DNA of 64,000 nucleotides from positions 1,401,550 to 1,465,549 of the forward strand of contig MU006094.1 of the NCBI GenBank assembly GCA_010093705.1, given 5' to 3'. The first letter of the stretch is position 1. Each line of letters opens with the position of its first letter. Below the pieces are notes generated by a model. That model saw only the letters and a list, made by a program, of their open reading frames with translations, searched no databases and had not been told where the DNA came from. This document shows, one piece after another, positions 1-10,652 of the stretch. This DNA is from Patellaria atrata CBS 101060. Taxonomy: Eukaryota. Made by a program: the position numbers and the translations under genes.

Positions 1-1205
1 CATGCAATCAGATCGAATGATATTCTCAGCTTCTTAGATTTCTTGGGCTTATAACGTCTTAAACGAGATCATATACTAGGTAAAGCAAAGATTAGCATAA
101 CTTCATAGAAGATGTAGCCGCGTACGCACAAGGCTTCCCCACGTTTAGGATGCCCCTGACCGCTTGATGTCAACTACTAAACGGAACCACCTCCTACTTC
201 GAGCACTAAACAGACGCCTCTTCGTAGGCCCAGGCGCTTCTCAAGAATGTGAAATCCTTTTGAACAAAAGAGCCGTTCAAATTTGTGCGTTCATCTAGAA
301 TGCCACCAGCCAAGGCGGAGAAATACTAAGAAAACACATCTAGAGAATGCTCCTCTTGTAAAGTATCTACAACCTCTCATAACTAGTGGTCGATGTAGAC
401 TCGAATTTCAGGGTTAATTATACGCTTATCCGCATGATTGCGTTTCCTGATACAAATTGAAAGTACCATCTTTAAACCAAGAAGACATTAGGATGGTATA
501 CGCCACAGGGCGTGTCTTCTTTTCCCGTAACGCCATCTCTGGAGCGTGCTCGCAAGTACCTACCGGTTTCCGTACAACTATATTCGAAAGCTAGCTCAAC
601 CGCTGACTTTCAAGCTCATGTACCTCGGGGATATACGAATAGTTACGAATGCTTAGTTCCTAGGTCATCCATGATTTGAGTTGTAGGTCTAGTTTTCAGA
701 AGATGAATCAGGTTGTGGACCTTCCACGTACTTATGAACATGTCTCCGCATTAGCAAAACATATCACAAGGTGACTCCGTGTCAAGTTCACTCCTGATGG
801 TCCAAAGGCGAATGCAAGCCATTGGCGCCCAGTGCAATAGTCCTTTTCCAAGCAGTTTCGCCGCATCAGATCCTCTAGCCTGGACATGTTATGAAGGTAG
901 AGGTAGATCCCAACAACCCTAACACTTAACGACGACGAACAGACGGCCCATAGACCAATTGAACCATATCTGTGGCCATATAGGATTCTACTACTCCAAG
1001 TAGACCATCAAGAGACGGGACGGATGTCTCGTCGATGTCTCTTGATCATGCTACTGTCTTCTTGGGACCGTATCTACCCACGCCATAGTTTGGTTCTCGA
1101 TAGAAACTGGAGACCACCTCCGGGATTCAGGTCGGAGGTCGGAGGATGTCATCTATACCGCGTGCTATTGGTATAGACCAACTCGTAAGAAGCGCATGTA
1201 ATTGA

Positions 1206-1474
1206 TATATAAAGTCAAGAAACTCCGGATATCACATATCATACAATCGAAAAAGTCCAGCAAACGCACAGCGCAGACCACTTTTAGTCTTCCAACGCCA
1301 ATAACAGCTGGTAAGCTCTTCTAACATACCTTTTTCTATCATCCCTCTGCGCCATTCCCCCGCTCCTTTACCCCTTCCTTCTCTCCTCCTTCTCATCTCT
1401 CCCCACACGTCTAACTCCTCCCGCTTCCGTCTTTGCTCTTTTACATCTCTTACCCTCCAACTGACCGTAACCAG
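1206..1474 (+). promoter_or_regulatory. TATA box and probable 5'-UTR intron of the small secreted protein gene
   Basis: TATATAAA at 1206-1213. GTAAGC donor at 1311, pyrimidine-rich interior, CTGAC branch at 1461, CAG acceptor ending 1474, 18 nt upstream of the ATG at 1493. Confidence 0.55.
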
Positions 1475-1492
1475 CACCACCCAACAGCGACA

Positions 1493-1858
1493 ATGCTTCT
1501 CACCAAAACCCTCTCTCTCCTCCTTCTCCCGTCTCTCGGCCTCGGCTACGCAATCCAATGCTACACCGACGAGAACTGCACCGGAGGAGCCGGGGCGGTT
1601 CGCGAGGTACCCTCAAACAGCAACATTTGCATCTCGACCTCTGGGCGTAAATCGTGTAAAGTCCACGGCGGCAACGGGATTATCATGCGCGTGGTTGGGG
1701 GAAACCAGTGCGGTGCGTACGATGTGGGATTGGGCTGCGCGACGGGTGGAGGCTGTATCAATCTGATGCATCCCTTTGGAAACTACTATCCATATCATCG
1801 TGTGGATATCAGTAGTCCGACACTTTGTTGGGCGGGGCGGAAGTTTAAGTTTACTTGA
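1493..1858 (+). CDS. Small secreted cysteine-rich protein (121 aa, 8 Cys), effector-like, no recognisable family
   Basis: ACAATG start. Signal-peptide-like MLLTKTLSLLLLPSLGLGYA followed by a Gly-rich mature region with 8 Cys. Upstream TATA. Confidence 0.75.
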   Translation: MLLTKTLSLLLLPSLGLGYAIQCYTDENCTGGAGAVREVPSNSNICISTSGRKSCKVHGGNGIIMRVVGGNQCGAYDVGLGCATGGGCINLMHPFGNYYPYHRVDISSPTLCWAGRKFKFT

Positions 1859-3086
1859 GTCGGGTGATGAGGGCGTTCGGGAGGAAGGAGGGAGTGGACT
1901 CGCCCTTGTTTCTTCGTCTATATCATTATCCTGATCAGTTGTTAAACTGTTGATAATAAGACGCTGTCAGATTTGCACTCGATGTATCGCCGAATATGCC
2001 CTGTGTGGAATACGATATTCTTTTATAAGCAGAAGTAGTCCATAACAAAATCACTACACCGCTTTCTGAATCTCGCTCAAGTTCCCAACCACTGAAAAGG
2101 TGAACTGACAAACGCCGCGCTCTTCTCGCTCAAAACAATCGTAAACCATAACCACTCCCTCGAGTCCCTCCTAGCTACCATCCAATAGGCCCAAACAGCG
2201 GAACAAGGGCGCGTTAATTGGAAAAAGACTCAGCCAGAAACCTTGATGACTTCGTTAGTCTCTTTCTGGAATCGCATGACGATATTCTCCTAGACTTTTG
2301 TTTGTGCACCATTCAAAGCTGTATTACGGTCTATAGCCTTCCCAAAGGAGAACATTGAGGAGAACAACTAATGTTTCTAGAATCTACATTTCACGTGCGC
2401 GTGGGCGGCCTTAAGAGGCTCCTAGGTTCGGTAGCTATGCTGTACCTCGTTATACAAAAATCCTTACATAGTATTTATAGTCGCTGTCAGGATTGGTATT
2501 CCCGCCGAATAATCTGTTTGATTATGGAATTTTGCCCTGAACGAGTTGGTAGTGTAAACACAAAAATTTGTAGAAAGAACTCAATGGTGGTCTTAGAGGA
2601 GAGATGTTCATTTAAGGTTGCCATGGTAATCCTAGTAATGAATTCATTGTTAGAATATCCTACGACATTAGGAACGCTCCACTTAGTCTCAGTCCGTTAT
2701 TATTTTAAACTATATTAGCAATCAAATATTTTTATCGACATACCGGTCATAGAGGACGATTCGTAGAGAACAGTACCGAAAAGTGGCTGAGACGAACGAT
2801 ACAAATCAAATGAATAGGCAAGGATAAAGCTACTTTACGTGTAGACAAACGAATGCTCCAAATAAATAAGGACAGACAGTCCCATTGTCACAATAAAGTA
2901 CCTTAAAGCATCAACTTCTTATTTCACCTAGATCCCTGCTTCCCCTTGAAAGAGATTTCATTTGGTCGCAACTTTGAATATACCTTTCAGTCAACCTGCG
3001 TATAATTAACTCAGTTTCATTTCAAACCAGAACAAACGACGGTCTTGCTTTAATAAAGCCTCACGTTCTTCGAATACGGCCTCAAC

Positions 3087-3548
3087 TTAAGATCCGGGTG
3101 GGCATAGATATGATGGCATCTTCAATCCTGGGTTTCGGCGTGACTCGGGTGGGAAGAACCAGTCATCAATATTCTGAGGATCTGTTCCATTTGATTGTGG
3201 GGCAGAAGTGCTCGAAGGGGGTTGCAGATGGTCTGGCATTTTCACCTTTGCATCTCGGCGAGATTCAGGAGGGAAGAACCAATCATCAATACTCTGAGGA
3301 GTAGACCCGTTAGCTTGTGGAGCCTCATAAGAGGTCCCAGAAGGTGGTTGAAGATGGTCGGGCATTTTAGCATTAGGATCGCGGCGTGATTCTGGGGGGA
3401 AGAACCAATCATCTATGCTTTGCGGAGTAAGGGGTCCTTTCTCTCCCGGTGCTGTAGTGTTTGAAGGAGGCTGTAGATGATCGGGCATTTTAGCATCAGG
3501 ATCTCGACGTGATGCTGGAGGGAAAAACCAGTCATCGATGGACTGTGG
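3087..3548 (-). repeat. Four tandem coding repeats (40-42 aa period, 29-aa conserved core PQSIDDWFFPPESRRDxxxKMPDHLQPPS) at the DOX-CYP C-terminus
   Basis: Visible in the translation of ORF 3087-4148. The amino-acid core is conserved while synonymous positions differ between copies. Confidence 0.95.
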
Positions 3549-6500
3549 TTTTGGTGCAGTTGGCTGAGATGTTCCGGCCGCGGGTGGCGTCGAACCTAAG
3601 GATGGTTGAACAGCTGCCCCAGACGCTGGAGGCTGCCCTGTCGTTCCAGATGGCTGAGCGCTAGTCGAGGATGTTGTCCCTAAATGACCTGTTGCAGGTC
3701 TAGAAGAGGTTCCAGATGCAGGGCCCGTAGTTGTCGAAGGTGCTGTACCCGAAGATGGCGCCGTAGTAGACGCTGGGGTAATACCTGACGGTGTCGTCCC
3801 AGAGGCTACAGTTCCCGATGGTGTGCTTTCTGAGGGAGCTGTACCGGAGGGAGCTGTACCAGACGATGGAGCAGTGCCTTGTCCGGAGGAGGTCCCCGCG
3901 CCAGCTTGGGTTGGAATGAGAGGTGTACCCAAAGGCGCACCAGAACCAGGAGCTTTCAAACCAGTCTTAAAGGCTGGGTCTTCTGTCTGCTTCGAGCCAG
4001 CAATGGTTACACTCTTGGGCCCTTCATTGTCCTGGTTCTTGAGAGAGTTGTAGACTGCAGTGAGGTCATGACCTGCTGCAGTAGACTGTCCATTAAGATG
4101 AGCAACTCCTTTACCAATGCCATCGTAGTGTAATTTCCATGCTAGCAATTGTCAATACAGGATATGATTTCCAGAAGTTGAACTCACTTGTAGGGTCAAA
4201 AGTTAACCAGGACCAGCTATCATCCAAATAGCAACGCTCAGTGCCGACTTGAATACTCTTCAGTTCTCCCATTTGTCCTGGAGCAGGTCTGACATTTTTC
4301 AAACTTGCAACGACTTCTAGGAGACCCACACAATATGTGATCGAGATTTCTTTGCCAAGACATTCATGAGGACCATAACCAAAATGAATGTACGCGTCAG
4401 AAGACCTTCCAGGTGTAAACTTATCCGGTTCTGGCACAGCTGCGGGATCTAAACCTGCGGGTCCCTTTCAAATGTTAGAGTATGCTAGCGTTGATGACCG
4501 TTGGTTCTACTAACCAACAAACAGATAACTGCATCACCAGGTTTAAATTTCTGTCCATCGATCTCTACAGGGGCAGCGCAGACCCGTAAGTTACGTTGTC
4601 GACTAGTTAGACGTTGCGCTTCGAGTACATATTCACGAACGATCTTATCGGTAGTTGGGCCTCCAGAAGCAACAACATCCTGAATCTTTTCCCAATGATC
4701 GGAATTTTCTGGTAACAGGAAAAACTGTAGTATTTCGGAGAACTAACCATTTTATTAGTAGATAAGAACCGAATCGGGACAAGACAACATACCAAGCCAA
4801 CTGGAACGCCAACTCCTGCGAGGGCTGTAAGCCATACGATGTCTGCAGCTTCGTTGACAGTTTTTCCGTAAGAAAAAAGCTCCTTGACGACCTGCTGTCC
4901 GTACCATCTCAAAGAACCTGTAGTGACCTGAGAGACTGCAGTAGTTTTCCAGGGTAACTTGAGTATCTGAGGACTGACAACATCGGAAACCAGTTTCTGG
5001 GTAGTTTCAGTAAGGACAGCAGCACCTTCCTGAGCCCAAAGTCGACGCCGAAAGGCCATACCAGGGTCATTGTTGTTGAATCCCCAGACACGAACATTAA
5101 GTAGGTGCTTATACAGTTCCGGAATAGACAAAGTTCCATTTGGATGTTCTGGACCTTTGAGATCTAGACAGAACAAGTCTCCTAGAACCTGTGTATTGAC
5201 TGGGATAGCAATGCTTCGAATTATTAGCTGTATTTCTTCAGTAACTGATAAGCGTGGAGACTTACTCCTTTAATATATTAATTTGATTCAAATCACGGGC
5301 CATCTCGAACGTATTGACTTTGAGAAGAGAAGCAGCGGTATTCCTGACGAAGTTCAAAAGTAATTGTGGGAAGTCACTAGGTCCATAGAGAATACCCTTC
5401 AATAGTGCTCGTTGAGCCGAGTTCTTAGGAGCATCCCCACCGAGCATAAAATCAGAGTAGTCTTTCTTACCAGGGAAAAGATCGTTGAGAGCCGGAAGCC
5501 AAGGAACACGAAAGGACGTCTGATCCTTTAAGACCTTAGTGATGATGGCATGCTTTGTCAAGACTATTGGTTTTGGTGGTGGTTTTGGCCCTGCAAGAGT
5601 GTATTGATTGATAGTACCAATCTCTTCGGCTATTTGCTTGTTCATCTTCCACGTGAACATTGGTTGCATAATGTGCAAGCTATTATACGGATACCATCCT
5701 GGCACAGCCCGTTGGAAGAGCTTGTAAAACATAGAGCCTCCGAGTCTGCATTGCATCAGTCATAAATTTTAGTGGTAGTGTAGTGAAAGTCGTACACTTT
5801 GTAATCTTGTTGCACTTCTTGCATTCCCCAATTAGTCAATGTTGCCGGGGTATAGTCCTTCCTACGATTAGTTTCGACACCGTAATGCAGCTATGTACTT
5901 ACAATTGTGTAGAATCGATCAGACCGAACCAAGGTGATGGCATCGGAGAACACGGCGCGTCCTACAGTATACGGTGGACAACCGCCACAACCGGGATCCA
6001 TTCGAGGCTTTGCATCTTCAAGGAATAGACCAGGGTATAATTCTACCATGTCGGGAGAGTCGTAGAGATGGCGTAAAAGATTAGCAATTTCTGGATCTGA
6101 ATTAATGTCTTCCATTCGCTGATGACGGGTCAGTCCAAAAAAGTCACGGAATTCGTTGAGAGATGCCATGCGCCTAGAGTAATGTTATAGTAGTATCATA
6201 TGCACAGGAATGGATCGAGTAATACCATTTACGAGATTGCAAAATACCGAGTATTTCTACTACCTTAAGCGCTTTAGGTACCATCCTAGCACCGAATAAG
6301 CCTAGAATAATAGGTCAGTTATGATTGGAATCAATAGAAGTATGAGACGTACCAGCGGGGTCTTCCATTGCTGCAGTCATAACATTAACCAGGTCTTCGT
6401 CTTTAAATCGGCCGTCCGACCCACGTTGCAAACCAGCAAATTCGCGCTTGCTAGGATCTGGGTCAATATTTTGCTCGTATCTTAGCAAACCTTGTAGAAG

Positions 6501-8807
6501 TTCCTGAGGGGTTAGTTCACTAAGCTTCTTGTTGATGCCTGGAAACAGGCTGAGAAGGAACTCTTCGAGCCACTTCTCGTCGCGCAAAGAGATTGTGGAG
6601 TGGAAGCGATACAGCAGATTGAACTCTGCAGATACTTGATTACCGATGCCTCGTGGTACTTCGTCCCCATTGAGTTTCTTGATCTCGACACGAGGATCAA
6701 TTGTCCAAGAGCTTGCCGAATGATGCGTATTGGTTAGACCACGAAGGTAGTCATGCAAAGAAATATTGCAGTAAAGACCGTTGACAATCCTACGAATACA
6801 TATTAGTGAATGAACCAGTGCAGGCGAGTCCCTTCTAATTCACTTACAATCTTGCGGTTTGGAACAAATCGTTGTCTTGTTTAGCAATAGCAGCCTTCTT
6901 TTCTTCTTCATTCCTTGTGGGTGGAAGAGTGAAGCGGCCACCTTCATTGATCTTGAGCAGCATTTCTGCGACATAATTGTGGAATCGACTATACATGACA
7001 AGAACAACATTAATACCAGGGGGTTGAGCTAGCAAGCGTTTCTCGTGGAAAGTATCCGGTTTCAGCATACCACGTTCCATAGTCCGAATTTCTAGTTGAT
7101 CCTTGAGGCTCGAGCCATAGAGCGGGGCAAGATCTAAATACGATGAGGTGTCCGAAATATCAGGATTGAGACGGTTAGTCCTAAAAATATCTGATCTTGT
7201 TAACATACAGGTTGGATTGATAGGTCCGTTATTCTACATACCATGGATAATGATAGTCGCGTGGTAGAAGAGGACAGTGGATATACCTGCTGGATTCTCC
7301 TTGAACTTGCCCTCAGGCCTCGCCATGAGCACTAAAAAGCCATCAGGAACCACACCTGTATGCACAGATTTACTTGAACTCACTGTCGAATAAGAGGGCT
7401 GGATCAGGGCGAACACCATGGAGCTTCCCTACTCTCCTCGCGGTTCTTGCGTATGGTGTGCCGGCTTTTCCCAGATCAGGGTATAGGACATTCTAGGAGC
7501 GTCTTAGTCTGATATTTTAAGCGCTACACAAATCATGACCTACATTATAACTACCGTCTGGAGTCCGATATTGGAATTTGTCTCCTTGATAGCTTAAAGG
7601 CGGATGTTGGAGACTATTCCATAACCCCTCGATCATGATGTTAGTGAGTTGCTTTCGGGCTTTGCTGTTTGGGGGAAGGGACCCGGCAATCGCCACTATC
7701 TTTTCCATCTACGTATTGTTAGCAAGAAACGCACAAAGTGCCCAACATACTTACGGCCAAATCCTTGTCATTTATAGGCTTGCCTTTGGAAAAAGCGAAC
7801 TCTAACAGAGTTTTGATATCACCGCGAGCTACCTTTAATCCGACAGCTTTCAAATCTTGCACTACAGTTGAAGGTGTAGTATCTACACTTCCGTATGCGG
7901 CATCGACATCAAACTTGTCTCCACTAGACGGTTTAGGCTTTGTAGCCTGACCAATGCCTAACCATCCAAGCCCAGCGAGAATGAAAGACGGGAGCTTTGG
8001 GAGACCCGGAAGACTCGGAAATGGGATCTTTTTGAAGAGGGCAAAAATCCAACTGAATGGATTCCATGACAAGGACGAAATAGGCTTTATACCCGGGATC
8101 GAAATATGTGGGCTTGAAAGTGACCCCGGTAATTTGGGTGTTGAGATGCCCGAAGATGATAGATGTGGAGTTGACAAGTGCGGAATGGATAAGTGTGGAG
8201 CGGACCAATGGGGGGTGGAGAGGGAGAAATGCGGTGCTTTCAACTTAGGAACTGTGAATCCGTAGCCATTCGCGCTCACTTTCGGCCTTGTCAAGCCCGG
8301 GGAAGTAACGCTAAATCCAGGTAACCTCTTGCCCCCGAAGCCCAGCAACTTGTACAGCAGGTAAGCGATCGCAGCAAGCCCAAACACAACTTTTGCCTCC
8401 CTGTTAGATACAATTGTGGGGAGATACTTTGCGATAAGAGCGAATCTGCTTTCCCAGTGATCGATTGACTGTTTCAAGTTCAAAATCCATCCTTTCGTAG
8501 TAAGAAGATGATCACGCCATGTCAAAGTAGGCGCCGAAGAGCCGCTGAACAATGATCGAACCTTCGATTTCTTTAGCGTAGAGTTCGTCGGAGCTGTTGA
8601 TAGACCAAGTTTGGCGGTGATAAGGGGTTCAATGATGAGAGAGGTAATGGCGATCAAGTATTTCAGGGTTTTAGAGAATGGATGGACGGCATCAACCTTG
8701 ACCTCAGCAGTACCATTCAGAGGTAATGTTGTACTGTTAAGGGGTGCTGCTGTGCCATTCAAGTGGGCCGCTGAACCATTCTCAGATGGGGATATTGAGA
8801 TAGCCAT
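3087..8807 (-). CDS. Fatty-acid dioxygenase (heme peroxidase)-cytochrome P450 fusion, Ppo/LDS/DOX-AOS family; about 13 introns, roughly 1,650-1,700 aa with long N- and C-terminal extensions
   Basis: Spliced exons give LQHPPLSY..YRTPDGSYNN, HATIIIHDIFRT (distal His), SSYLDLAPLYG, HDYLR, EFNLLYRFHS (catalytic Tyr, proximal His), ASLNEFR and VELYPG. The P450 part has EAQRL (ExxR) and HFGYGPHECLG (heme Cys). The last intron 4142-4187 joins FDPT|TWKLHYDG to the 3087-4141 exon. Confidence 0.93.
8094..8240 (-). repeat. Low-complexity (S/T/I/A)PH(L/F/W/I)S pentapeptide repeats in the DOX-CYP N-terminal extension
   Basis: KAPHFSLSTPHWSAPHLSIPHLSTPHLSSSGISTPKLPGSLSSPHISIP in exon 1. Confidence 0.7.
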
Positions 8808-10652
8808 AGAAGGCGGAGTGCATTCGAGTGAACACACCTGCAAGATGAGCGAAAGATAATGAAGGAGAAGAAAGGAGAACGAGTTCAGAGGAGGAACATC
8901 TGAAGACTGAAATGCTGATGAGTTAAGAACAGCTTCATACCAGCTATGAATATAAAAGGAAAGCTTAAAAATTCAATCTGGGTCCAATCACCACCTCAAG
9001 TCACGGTAGATATGCTTCTGTGCCCCATCCGGGCAAGATAGATATTGCGATGATGGCCCACTATCATCGTCTACGGACTGATCTCCATCTTTTCCCTAGA
9101 TCACGACATATCAAAAACTAATCGAGCCGAGCCGACGACGCGTTCAGCTGTTCCTTAGAAAGCCACAGTATAGCTACGAGATCGAGATATTCTCCAGAGG
9201 AGGATCATCATTGACTCGGGCTAATTTGGATAGACATGGGGATGCAGATTGGCGTAAAGGTGCGAGAAGCAAAGCAGAGACGCATCGCAGTTGCAGATTG
9301 TGAGTGAGAAGGATGGTGTAGGTACCGTAGTGGATACTATACCTTACATGAAGGCGTTGCCGAACAGTTCTAGCTTGTCTGGTGACGTGGAAGGGTGGAG
9401 AAGAGGGACATGAGAACATGATATCCATGAGGTGATGTGAGGAAGTAATGTGAGTGAGGAAGATGAGGTGGAATGGAAAATTTCCTCTACCCCCTCAGTC
9501 CAGAGTCTGGTCGAGCCTTGGACAGATTAGGAAGGGTGGTAAGGATGACCCCCGTGTAAACAGGCGAAAAAGGCCGAAGAGGCGATCTTGCCGTGCTTGG
9601 ACCCCTTGGGACCCAGACGAGAAGGGAAGCGGCGGCCGGAGGAACGCCAGACCAGCTGAAACGGTGAGCCTAAATTGACTTACACCTATCAAACCTTTTT
9701 CAAACTTTTGTAGATACAGTATTGCCTAGTTTTACGGGACAGCATCAATTGATCATGAATCAATCTCATCTTCCATGTCTCTCGCTCTGAATTTCTCTCT
9801 TATTTCTGCATTGTCGATCCTCATCCGCGGCGTTCCCTACCGATAATCGTTACAATTTGGACGGACATGGCGCGAATGGGGGGATCTTATGAGCAGCCAC
9901 GAAAGCACACGGGCATCATATCGACCTCTCAGAGTTGATCTTCTGTTCCTTGTCGTCAATCAGGGCCAGTTGGACTAATCGAGCGTTGCTGGTTCGTCAC
10001 TTCCTCATCGAGCTCGTTAGCCCTTTCCGTATCCATCTTTTCTTCAAGCCCACTCTCTGTATTAGTTCTCTCTCATCCTGTCCTCCGATTTTTCGTCTGA
10101 GCCAGTGACTTGCGACGGAATTTTCTTCCATGTTCATCCCTTCTGTCAAATTGCCATGCGTTCCGTTTGGAGATCGGATACCATTTGTTCTCTTGAGTCA
10201 TTCCTAGTACAGTACGCTGCATGTTCCTTTCGGTCCGTTCTGCCGTTCGGTAGTAGTGCTGCGGTACTGAGAACTACCAGCACTGTTTCACTGCCCTCCA
10301 GTTTTTGGAGTAATGGCCTGCAAGATGCTGCAGCCTGTGAGGGGATAGATTGGCGCTTTGCTGAGTTGTCAGGCTTTTTCGGCCTTTTCAGCTATCGTCT
10401 GCTGCAATATCCTGCAGGCGATAGCTGGGTTGTCGCAGCCCTTGCTGAAGTTGTTGAAATGGATACATGTATGCAGACGGCTTGACTTGTGCTTTGGGTC
10501 TTGTGTGATGCAACTCTGAGTATCAATCGATGACGCCCTCCCTCTCGAAATTTGTTGTCGAGCAGCAGAGATCTTTTCGAATAACGTGGAAATTCACACG
10601 AACTTCGAACCAACGATACTTTGGATAGTTGATTGTTTTAGTTATCTCTACA

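Noticed and set aside
3087..3548. Regularly spaced repeats as a CRISPR array or a Kex2-processed dikaritin precursor
   Set aside because: These are eukaryotic in-frame coding repeats with synonymous divergence. There is no signal peptide, no KR sites and no DUF3328/UstYa gene in the window.
3087..4148. ORF 3087-4148 as a standalone repeat-protein or RiPP precursor gene
   Set aside because: Its listed start is a TTG inside an intron, it has no signal peptide or early ATG, and its first residues (WKLHYDG) complete the P450 fold. It is the last exon of the DOX-CYP.
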